The translations under genes were made by a program, and so were the position numbers. Below, piece by piece: positions 15,443 through 23,291 of a DNA stretch of 63,028 bases; position 1 is the first letter of the stretch; the number at the start of each line of letters is the position of its first letter. The DNA is from a virus (taxonomy: Duplodnaviria > Caudoviricetes): positions 1 to 63,028 of IMG/VR virus record IMGVR_UViG_3300035188_000849; one strand, written 5' to 3'. The notes below the pieces were generated by a model. The model had not been told where the DNA came from and did no database searches. It saw nothing but the letters and a program-made list of their open reading frames with translations.

Positions 15443-15477
15443 CCCGGTTTTCCCGCGACTGAAAAACCGGGTTTTTT
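15443..15477 (+). terminator. intrinsic terminator after tmRNA
   Basis: CCCGGTTTT/AAAACCGGG then T6. Confidence 0.8.
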
Positions 15478-15478
15478 A

Positions 15479-15506
15479 TTGAATGCCAATTTAGTTTTAG
15501 TATAAT
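15479..15506 (+). promoter_or_regulatory. sigma70-type promoter
   Basis: TTGAAT-N16-TATAAT; ATG 6 nt after -10 implies a leaderless mRNA. Confidence 0.6.
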
Positions 15507-15512
15507 ACAATT

Positions 15513-15806
15513 ATGCCAAAACGAGTATGGGATAACATTGACGAAGAAGCAGTTTCTCAAGGTAATGCATTTCGTCGGCAACTCACTCAGATTGCCAAAC
15601 GAGCAATGGGTAAGCAAATTATCAAACAACGCAAAATGCACCTAGACGGTGTTTATGTCGTTCAACGCAAACTTGTGGGTGTGAAATTCCTGCCGCTAGG
15701 ATTGAAGCACTACCATATACCACTAAATGTGTCAAGTGTTCTGATGCCAAGCCATATGTTGGCTTCATGGATTGGTATCATAAGACAGCACCCGAACTTG
15801 TTATGA
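15513..15806 (+). CDS. basic hypothetical protein; C-terminal half may be an out-of-frame artefact
   Basis: From about 15670 the -1 frame encodes a recognisable zinc finger. Confidence 0.45.
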   Translation: MPKRVWDNIDEEAVSQGNAFRRQLTQIAKRAMGKQIIKQRKMHLDGVYVVQRKLVGVKFLPLGLKHYHIPLNVSSVLMPSHMLASWIGIIRQHPNLL

Positions 15807-15868
15807 TCAACTCAGGAGATAAAGAAAATCTCCGAAGAGCGCAACGAGTCTCAAACAGAGCCCGCTAA
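15655..15868 (+). pseudogene. DksA/TraR C4-type zinc-finger protein, frame-disrupted or frameshift-expressed
   Basis: 15674-15868 reads CGCEIPAARIEALPYTTKCVKCSDAKPY...RAR*; no in-frame start; out-of-frame ATG at 15655. Confidence 0.7.
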
Positions 15869-15882
15869 ACAGCGGGTTTTTT
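15859..15882 (+). terminator. intrinsic terminator
   Basis: CCCGCT-AAAC-AGCGGG then T6. Confidence 0.75.
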
Positions 15883-17236
15883 ATTTCACATTAATTTTGA
15901 TCGATAACTTTCTATCGGCAGATGTCAGATAGAAAGTTGTATTCTTTTGGCCTGTTTTTATTGATATGTAAGAATTTGAAGTTCCTGGCAGACCAATATT
16001 CAACACATCTTCCGTGATTCTTGTTATCTTGGAATTTGGTTCTGTTGATGAAAAGGTAAATAAATTGTTCAATAGAGTTGGGCTTGTGAGTATAAATTTA
16101 AGAGTTGTGTTTTTATCTACTTGTAATTCGGAAATGACGCCACTATTGCTTGCTAGCGTGTTATTTGTCTTTTTCAGTTCGATGATATTGAATTTGGTCT
16201 TTGGTCTGACATAAGAAACAGATTCAACCACCCCCACCGTTTCTTCTGTGGTGGTTTGTGCTGAAGAAGTAATTCCGGCTATAAACTGTTGAGATTGTTG
16301 GCTAATTATTTCAATATCAACATCTTCACATGTTGTGTTCGCTGTGTATGTTGATAGTATTGCGTTTAGTTGTTTTTTCCGTTCATCACACAAAAACATA
16401 TTTTGGCAAGGTATGCAAACGGGGCTTCCCTGTGGGAAGTTCAATACGCATGTTCCATATGTTTTATCATTTATATTAGCATTTGTTTTTGATTCGCCTT
16501 GAAGATACAAATTAACTAAGATAGGCGAACCAATTAAATTTTCATTTGCTATAGTCTGATCTACTTGTAAATTTTCAAAGCCATCTGAATCTACAAATAT
16601 GTTCATAACCTTGAACTTTTTATTTTGATTGCTTTGAGAGCCACTAAATTCAATATAGTCCCCTATTCGTACTCCCATTTTGGTAAATGAGAAAAGACCA
16701 TTAGACAGGGTATTTTTGATTAAGTTTTTTCTTTGATTTGAAGAAGAAACCGTGGTGGAAACCTTTGAGAGTTGTGGTGTTGTGACAAAAAACTTTGGAT
16801 TATATAAATCCTTTTTTGTTGAAACGTTAGTAGCAGACACCAACTCTGCTCGTATTATTGTGTTCTGATCAAATGATTTGAATGTATAGATTCCAGATAA
16901 ATTTGATTTTACATTATTAGAATCTTCAACATAGTTTGCGTTTGAAAATTCAAATGTTATACCAGATTGAACTGAATTAAAGAACGAAGAAATAAAAGCC
17001 AAATCGTCTGGATTTTTAGAATTGCTGTAATCTATTACAACCTTTGTCTGTGAATCATAAAACAAAAATGAGGGTGTTGTGGTTAATGACCTATTTTTCT
17101 TGAATGTATAGTCTTCTGTTGATGAAAAAATTAATCCAAAGAATACATCACTTGCAACCAGATAAAATGATCTAGTGTCTAAGTTTGTAAATGCTCTTTT
17201 GGTATTTTTTCTAAAACCAGACATATTAAGAGCCAA
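15881..17236 (-). CDS. hypothetical, probably virion structural protein
   Basis: 451-aa Ser/Thr/Asn-rich ORF coupled to upstream gene. Confidence 0.6.
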   Translation of the reverse strand: MALNMSGFRKNTKRAFTNLDTRSFYLVASDVFFGLIFSSTEDYTFKKNRSLTTTPSFLFYDSQTKVVIDYSNSKNPDDLAFISSFFNSVQSGITFEFSNANYVEDSNNVKSNLSGIYTFKSFDQNTIIRAELVSATNVSTKKDLYNPKFFVTTPQLSKVSTTVSSSNQRKNLIKNTLSNGLFSFTKMGVRIGDYIEFSGSQSNQNKKFKVMNIFVDSDGFENLQVDQTIANENLIGSPILVNLYLQGESKTNANINDKTYGTCVLNFPQGSPVCIPCQNMFLCDERKKQLNAILSTYTANTTCEDVDIEIISQQSQQFIAGITSSAQTTTEETVGVVESVSYVRPKTKFNIIELKKTNNTLASNSGVISELQVDKNTTLKFILTSPTLLNNLFTFSSTEPNSKITRITEDVLNIGLPGTSNSYISIKTGQKNTTFYLTSADRKLSIKINVK

Positions 17237-18485
17237 TATAACTTAGTTGCTGAGTTCCCTCCACAGAACGAGCATATAAGGCACTAACGTTACTGCACTC
17301 TATGTAAATGCTTTCTCCTGGCTCTAACGGATATCCATCTATTGGATTTCTAGTTAAATTTCCACCACCAATATAAACTATCGCAGTGTTTGAACTACTT
17401 GCCTTCAGTGTAACACCAACTTGTAGTGGAGTATTTGAGTTTACTTGTGTTACTGATGGAGTCAAAGAAATTGTTGCGCTTGACACCTTAGATGGTCTGG
17501 TGATTTCGCTAATCCTTGCTCGTAGATTTCCGCTTGTTATATCGGTTCTAATGTTTGATATAGGAGATGTGTTTGTTTTGATGTCAGTCAATCTCCCAAT
17601 CAAATTGCTGTTTTCGCCGGATAGAGCAGCAACTATAGCAGAATCATCAATAGAAATTTCATTAGTTACATCTACGTTTAGCGGAGTTGTTGCAGTAACT
17701 TCTATTGCATCTCCGTTTTCACCTTTAACAATTATTGCACCACCAGAGGTTGTTCCGGCAACAACTAGTGGAATGTTATTGTTATTGAAAACACCAACGC
17801 TTGCTCCTACATTTACTGTTGCTGTAAATCCAGCATTAGTCATATAAACATTGAGTGCATTTGATGTTGAATTTAGTGTTGTACCAGATGAATCATAAAG
17901 TCTGGTTAGGACTTTGGAACCCAAGTCAGAGCCCAACACAGATACAGTATCTGTTACTGCGTTCAGTGCTCTTCCACCACTTACAGTAACGGTTCCAGTT
18001 ACTCTTACGCTATCGTTAGATGAAGATAGATATCTTCCACCAGTTATTGTGATTGGATTTACTGTTATACCCCCAGAACCGGCACCACCGATAATAACTG
18101 GTTGTGAAATATTAACTGTGCCTGTTACTCCAACTAGAGTTCCATTAGTAATTCCCTGAACTCTGGCTGTTACTGGAAGTTCATAGCCAGTACTACCTCT
18201 CACATAAACAAAACTTCCTGTGGTTCCAGTATTTGTAACTGTTACAGCGCCGCTAATTGTTCCTGTAATTCCAACTCTAGTTGCTGGATTTGCTGAATAA
18301 ATATTTACTGGTAGTGGTGTTGTTTGTGAGACTCTGAATGATTCTGCACTGGCACCCCATACTAGTTTTGTTAGTTGAACGTGAGCAGCATCTGCGCTTA
18401 AACCATTGACAAATAGATAATCCGTGGCTATACTTGCAGTGTTTCCTGAAACATCAATGGTCAGATCTTTATCGGTGTCTGGCAT
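17226..18485 (-). CDS. Gly/Thr/Val-rich virion structural protein
   Basis: Repeated VTGTV-like strands; C-terminal VYIG..GYPLEPGES module; GGAGA RBS. Confidence 0.65.
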   Translation of the reverse strand: MPDTDKDLTIDVSGNTASIATDYLFVNGLSADAAHVQLTKLVWGASAESFRVSQTTPLPVNIYSANPATRVGITGTISGAVTVTNTGTTGSFVYVRGSTGYELPVTARVQGITNGTLVGVTGTVNISQPVIIGGAGSGGITVNPITITGGRYLSSSNDSVRVTGTVTVSGGRALNAVTDTVSVLGSDLGSKVLTRLYDSSGTTLNSTSNALNVYMTNAGFTATVNVGASVGVFNNNNIPLVVAGTTSGGAIIVKGENGDAIEVTATTPLNVDVTNEISIDDSAIVAALSGENSNLIGRLTDIKTNTSPISNIRTDITSGNLRARISEITRPSKVSSATISLTPSVTQVNSNTPLQVGVTLKASSSNTAIVYIGGGNLTRNPIDGYPLEPGESIYIECSNVSALYARSVEGTQQLSYIGS

Positions 18486-18538
18486 TAAAAATCTCCGTAT
18501 TAAGTAAAGTATGTATAACTATAGAAATAGGACAGTAA

Positions 18539-18766
18539 ATGATATTTGATATTGAAAAGCAACAGCAGTTTTGTAAAAAAGTAGAAAACCATGTCAAAAA
18601 ATGGGACTGTACCTATTTAGAGGCAGTCATAGCAGTCACAGAGGATATGGAAATTGAACCAGAGGTATCTGCCAAGTTTTTGACAAAACCAATTATTGAG
18701 AAGATTCAAGAAGAGGGTAGGCAGATAAATCTTCTACCAAAAATAAAAAATAAACTTCCAATCTAG
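18539..18766 (+). CDS. gp33: late transcription coactivator gp33
   Basis: TYLEAV...EIEPEVSAKFLTKPIIEKIQEEG..INLLPK; position before gp32. Confidence 0.88.
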   Translation: MIFDIEKQQQFCKKVENHVKKWDCTYLEAVIAVTEDMEIEPEVSAKFLTKPIIEKIQEEGRQINLLPKIKNKLPI

Positions 18767-18852
18767 CAATAATCTGTTATAATTACTTATGTTCGTGGCG
18801 GGGAGTTCCCGTCTTTCACACTAGCAGTGGGTAGATCCCACAAAGGATTTAG

Positions 18853-19770
18853 ATGTCATCATTTAGCGATTTTAAAAAGAAGGCAAAGTCTAGCATTAGC
18901 GACTTAACCAAGGCTTTAGAAAGCCTTGATGGAAAGAAGGATTACAAGGATGATCGTTTGTGGAGGCCTGAGCCAGATAAGTCTGGTAACGGCTATGCGG
19001 TTATTCGCTTCCTACCCGCTCCGAAGAACGAAGAACTCCCATTTGTGAAGATGTATTCACATGCCTTTCAGGGCAAGGGTGGTTGGTTCATTGAAAATTG
19101 TCTAACAACTAACGGTGGTAAGTGCCCCGTTTGCGAATTGAACAATGAACTTTGGAACAGCGGCATTGAAACAGACAAGAATATTGCAAGAGAGAGAAAG
19201 CGTAAGTTGACTTATATCTCTAACATTCTTGTGGTTAAGGATGAAGCAAATCCACAAAATGAAGGTAAGGTTTTCTTATTCAAGTATGGAGTTAAGATCT
19301 TTGATAAGATCAAAGAAGCCATGTATCCTGAATTCAAGGATGAGCAAGCAATTGATCCATTTAACTTTTGGTCTGGTGCGGACTTTAAGTTGAAGATTCG
19401 TAAGGTGGCTGGATACACCAATTACGATAAGTCAGAATTTGCAGCATCATCTCCACTATTCGGTGGCGACGATGCAAAACTTGAGGCCCTTTGGAATAAG
19501 CAATATTCTCTACAGGATTTTGTCGCACCAAAGAATTTCAAGGAGTATTCTGCACTGAAGTCTCGTCTGTATGAAATTCTTGGCGACGATATTCGTTCTA
19601 CTCTAATGGAGAACACAAGTCGAGCCGAAGACGAGACAGAAGAACCAAACCCTTTTGATGCTCCCAGTCGCACCAAACCTTCACCAAAGAAGCAAGAACC
19701 GGCTCCAACAGATGAGCCGGGCGAGGAAATGGATTCCTTGTCTTACTTCCAGAAATTGGCTGAAGAGTAA
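18853..19770 (+). CDS. gp32: single-stranded DNA-binding protein gp32
   Basis: DKSGNGYAVIRFLP, HAFQGKGGWFIENC, CPVC, NYDKSEF, acidic tail. Confidence 0.97.
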   Translation: MSSFSDFKKKAKSSISDLTKALESLDGKKDYKDDRLWRPEPDKSGNGYAVIRFLPAPKNEELPFVKMYSHAFQGKGGWFIENCLTTNGGKCPVCELNNELWNSGIETDKNIARERKRKLTYISNILVVKDEANPQNEGKVFLFKYGVKIFDKIKEAMYPEFKDEQAIDPFNFWSGADFKLKIRKVAGYTNYDKSEFAASSPLFGGDDAKLEALWNKQYSLQDFVAPKNFKEYSALKSRLYEILGDDIRSTLMENTSRAEDETEEPNPFDAPSRTKPSPKKQEPAPTDEPGEEMDSLSYFQKLAEE

Positions 19771-19771
19771 G

Positions 19772-19800
19772 AAAAAACCCCGCGAAAGCGGGGTTTTTTT
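19772..19800. terminator. bidirectional intrinsic terminator
   Basis: A6-CCCCGC-GAAA-GCGGGG-T8 between convergent genes. Confidence 0.9.
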
Positions 19801-19802
19801 AT

Positions 19803-21338
19803 TTAACCATATTCTCGTCTATAGTTTGGAAGCATAAAGGAGTCTTCGGCAGTCTTCTTATAAATGTCATATTGATATGCAATGTTCGTGACATTTACAG
19901 TAGAACCACCTGTCTGTAAAACAACATTTGCTTTTTTATCTTGATCATCTTTTTTCTGAGAAGCACCGAAAAGAGATTGCATCAAAGCAAATCCCGGACT
20001 CATCATGGCCGCTGCTCCTAATCCTGCACCAAGACCAGAAGCAACACCACCTATAGCAGAACCAATTCCTTGAAGAGCACCACCGACAACACTGCCCACA
20101 CCACTACCACTTTCTGGTTTTTGTGATTCAATTGTTGATTGTGCGTCTTCACCAATGTCATCTGTTGCTTCTTTTCTCTGAAGACCACCAGAGGATTGTT
20201 GCATTGCAGAGAATTGTGCAGATGACTGTTTTTGTTTTTCTAGTTCCGCACCCAAGTCTTTTGATTCTTCTTTTGTTGCTGCTTTGACGGAGGCACCAGA
20301 GGAACCAGAGACAGAGGACATCAATCCCTGAACTTTACCCACTTGTTTTTCTACTTCTTCTTTAACGACTTCTGTGCCTTCTCTCATTGCTGCTTTTGCT
20401 GCTTTTAATCCCGTTTTTGCTAAACCACCCAAGCCTTTAGCGATTCCACCTGCGGCTTTCATTCCGGCTTTTGCTACTTTAGCAACTTTGGCAGCACCAG
20501 TAACCACTCCCAAGAAATGTGCTGGAGTTTCAATTTGAATTGCTCCTGTTTCATTAATCGATGGTTTATTTTGAAGTTGTCCTGATTGAACCATATTAAT
20601 AAGACTCATTTTATCGTGTCTTGCCAAAAGAACAGAACTCTGTTGATTTAATCCGTCTGTTGCCAAAATTTTTAATCCAGATTCTTTTTGCTTTGGTTCT
20701 TGTTGTTTTAATCTTTGCATCATTTCAACTGGTATTACAGAACCAGTATCTTGGTCAATTATTTCTTTTCCTGCCTCCCCAACCAAAGCCGCTTCTTTCT
20801 TACCGGGTTTATCTGTATTGAGAAACACTATTTTTGGTGGTTCGTTTCCACCAGCAGTAGTTGCATTTGGTTCTAATTTTGCTTTTATTTGTTCTATGTT
20901 TTTTCTGGTTGGGACTAGACTGTTAGAAAAATCAGATTTTACACCAATTTTTCCAGACTTATACGCAGGAATTGATAACAAATTATTGTTGAATTTATCC
21001 GTTTTTATTTTATTTGTAAGTGTTCCAATTTTGAATACAGATAGTAATTGTTTTTCTTCATTTTTTGGAAGAAGAACTGAGTAATTTGTTTCAATTTTTG
21101 CAAAATTTGGTTTCTTTGGAGAAGTATTAGTGTTTGTTTCCACTAAAACTTGTTTTAATTCTGGGGAATCTTCCATAGATTCTTCTGGTTTTATTAATTT
21201 TGGTAAAACTTCTATGGTTTTTTGATAAATTTTTTCAACAATAGGAGAAACTTTATTTAATTTCAAAAAAGGCAAAACTTTTTTCTTAAGTTCTTGCGTC
21301 AAGAATTTTTTAATTTGAGTTTTTTGTGCCTTTTTCAT
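19803..21338 (-). CDS. probable tail-length/tape-measure-like protein (gp29 position)
   Basis: Ala/Gly/Lys-rich helical repeats (GGIAKGLGGLAK, GSAIGGVASGLGAG); directly after gp26/gp51. Confidence 0.45.
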   Translation of the reverse strand: MKKAQKTQIKKFLTQELKKKVLPFLKLNKVSPIVEKIYQKTIEVLPKLIKPEESMEDSPELKQVLVETNTNTSPKKPNFAKIETNYSVLLPKNEEKQLLSVFKIGTLTNKIKTDKFNNNLLSIPAYKSGKIGVKSDFSNSLVPTRKNIEQIKAKLEPNATTAGGNEPPKIVFLNTDKPGKKEAALVGEAGKEIIDQDTGSVIPVEMMQRLKQQEPKQKESGLKILATDGLNQQSSVLLARHDKMSLINMVQSGQLQNKPSINETGAIQIETPAHFLGVVTGAAKVAKVAKAGMKAAGGIAKGLGGLAKTGLKAAKAAMREGTEVVKEEVEKQVGKVQGLMSSVSGSSGASVKAATKEESKDLGAELEKQKQSSAQFSAMQQSSGGLQRKEATDDIGEDAQSTIESQKPESGSGVGSVVGGALQGIGSAIGGVASGLGAGLGAAAMMSPGFALMQSLFGASQKKDDQDKKANVVLQTGGSTVNVTNIAYQYDIYKKTAEDSFMLPNYRREYG

Positions 21339-21344
21339 TTATGT

Positions 21345-21530
21345 TTACGCTTGTTTTAGTTTTTCGTTCATTTCTTCTATGTGTTTTCTCATCATTTCTA
21401 CAAAAAGTGTTCTCTCCCACGGTATCATTCTTTCAATTTGATCAATTGGTACTTTATGTTCAAAGAATATTTGAAAATTTATCTTTAGAACTTCTACTAA
21501 ATTTGCATAACCAAAAATAATTCTAAAAAA
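21345..21530 (-). CDS. gp51: gp51-like baseplate hub assembly module, predicted -1 frameshift extension of gp26
   Basis: Reads FFRIIFGYANLVEVLKINFQIFFEHKVPIDQIERMIPWERTLFVEMMRKHIEEMNEKLKQA*; MIPWER motif; no ATG/GTG/TTG before MIPWER. Confidence 0.8.
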   Translation of the reverse strand, partial: FFRIIFGYANLVEVLKINFQIFFEHKVPIDQIERMIPWERTLFVEMMRKHIEEMNEKLKQA

Positions 21531-22234
21531 TCGGAAAATCCTCGTATTGTAATGTCTCTTTTTACACCATCTTTTGTGGTGTATTCTATTTTTTGCTCAA
21601 TTGTGGGTATTTCTTTCAAAAAGTTTAGCAAATTTTTAAATTGTTTTGCTGTAAGTGTTTCCAAAAACTGTATAACTTCTTCATGAGGCACGTCTTTTGT
21701 ATAATATTGTTCTTCTCCGGACTGAATTTCTTCTATACACAGAGATAAAAGTTCTAAAACACCAGTTTCGTCTTCTTGGATATTGAATTTATTAAGTTTT
21801 AGATACACATCAAGAGTCGGTTGTGCTAAAACTACAGAAATTGAAGAATCTAATGCTATTTTGTTCTTAGGTTTCTTGTTTGTGACTTTAGTATTTCTTA
21901 AATCTACAAATGATTGTACTTTTTCGTTAGTAACTGGACATGTAATATAACATTCCACTACTTCACCAACAGATTTTTCTCTTATTTTCAAAAATAAGTA
22001 TTCTAAATCACAAAATGGCAAATTTTTACAGTCGTTGTCTGGTAAACCAGTAACACACGAATTTATAACCTCTTGTATGGTTGTCATCAAGTTGTCGAAT
22101 GAAGAAGTTTCTTTTGCTATCAATAGATTCTTCTCTTCCCTGACAACAAATGGTCTATAAGTTACTCTTTTTTGTGTAATTGGCAAAATTTCAGTATACT
22201 TTGGTGTTTTTTCTATTAACAGTTCTTTTAGCAT
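21497..22234 (-). CDS. gp26: baseplate hub subunit/chaperone gp26
   Basis: YRPFVVREEKNLL, DLEYLFLKIREKSVGE, CP; AATAAATA at 22263-22256. Confidence 0.92.
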   Translation of the reverse strand: MLKELLIEKTPKYTEILPITQKRVTYRPFVVREEKNLLIAKETSSFDNLMTTIQEVINSCVTGLPDNDCKNLPFCDLEYLFLKIREKSVGEVVECYITCPVTNEKVQSFVDLRNTKVTNKKPKNKIALDSSISVVLAQPTLDVYLKLNKFNIQEDETGVLELLSLCIEEIQSGEEQYYTKDVPHEEVIQFLETLTAKQFKNLLNFLKEIPTIEQKIEYTTKDGVKRDITIRGFSDFLELFLVMQI

Positions 22235-22271
22235 TATAATTTCACTTTCTTATGATATTTATTTTTCAAGT

Positions 22272-22841
22272 TTAAGATTGTCCCGGTAAATATTGATAAC
22301 TGGTATAGAAAATATTTACGCTAAATCTGACAACTGAATTCATTTCTATTGCATCAAACTTGGCTGGCAATATTTCTAGGGGAATACATTCTTTTAATAA
22401 TATTGTGTAATTTATTTCGTTGGTTTGTGACAATGCTTCTATTTTTATATCTCTTTTTATGTCATCAAAATAACCAACTCTATTGACTAACGTTCCTCCG
22501 GTTCCTAAACCAGATAATCCATTTGCATCTATTGTTGCGATAGTTTGCCAGTCTTCGAAGTATTTTCTGCTATTCCAGTTTCCTTCGATTGCAAAATCAA
22601 ACAAATTATTATTGTATTCTATGCCATATATTGCTGGTATTGGTGACATGGCACCGGACAGAAAATCACCATATGCTTTAAGTTTCTTAGATGGTATTTG
22701 TGCTAAAGGACAAAGAAATACCTGTTGACTTCCATTTGGTGGGATTATAATCACTCTATATCTACTAGAAGTCTGTACTCCATTGTTTTGTTTTAAATAT
22801 TCAAATAAACCACCCGGATTTCCGGGAAATAGGGATGACAT
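22272..22841 (-). CDS. tail tube-like protein (gp19/gp54 family)
   Basis: SRYRVII, RKYFEDWQ, VGYFDD, FSVNIFY tube-fold motifs. Confidence 0.7.
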   Translation of the reverse strand: MSSLFPGNPGGLFEYLKQNNGVQTSSRYRVIIIPPNGSQQVFLCPLAQIPSKKLKAYGDFLSGAMSPIPAIYGIEYNNNLFDFAIEGNWNSRKYFEDWQTIATIDANGLSGLGTGGTLVNRVGYFDDIKRDIKIEALSQTNEINYTILLKECIPLEILPAKFDAIEMNSVVRFSVNIFYTSYQYLPGQS

Positions 22842-23282
22842 TTAATTTTTTCCTCTGAAAAGATTATTTTCGGTTAAAACCATGAATTTCCATCCGTTTT
22901 TTGAGCAAAATTTAGATGCAGAGTCCCACTTAGATTTATTTATCTGATATTGAACCATCTCTGTTAAAAATGTTCTATTACTCTTCTCGCCACGCTTTGG
23001 TTCTTTTGTCTGTTTATCTGGTTTTATTTCTACAACTATTGTTTCTATTTCATTTTGTTTTTTAACTTCAAAAAGAAAATCAGGATAATACATGTGAACT
23101 TTATTATCTACTGGAGAAACATAAGGAATCTGTAGTTCTTCGCTAGACCATCTAATTACATTAGAATTTTCGTCCAAATATTTACAGAAGGTTCTTTCCC
23201 AAAGAGACCTACATATAATGTTGTCGGGGTTGCCGACGTACTTTTGTGGATTTTTTGGTTTATATTTACTCTTGTAGGCCAT
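22842..23282 (-). CDS. gp4: head completion nuclease gp4
   Basis: MAYKSKYKPKNPQKY, RSLWE, WSSEE, YYPDF, VEIKP. Confidence 0.93.
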   Translation of the reverse strand: MAYKSKYKPKNPQKYVGNPDNIICRSLWERTFCKYLDENSNVIRWSSEELQIPYVSPVDNKVHMYYPDFLFEVKKQNEIETIVVEIKPDKQTKEPKRGEKSNRTFLTEMVQYQINKSKWDSASKFCSKNGWKFMVLTENNLFRGKN

Positions 23283-23291
23283 AGGAATCTA

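Noticed and set aside
17386-18159. Antisense ORFs opposite Gly/Thr-rich structural genes (also 35943..36290, 40143..40415)
   Set aside because: Explained by codon bias of the real gene on the other strand
21326-21520. Plus-strand 64-aa track ORF
   Set aside because: Antisense to the gp51-like frame, which has recognisable motifs
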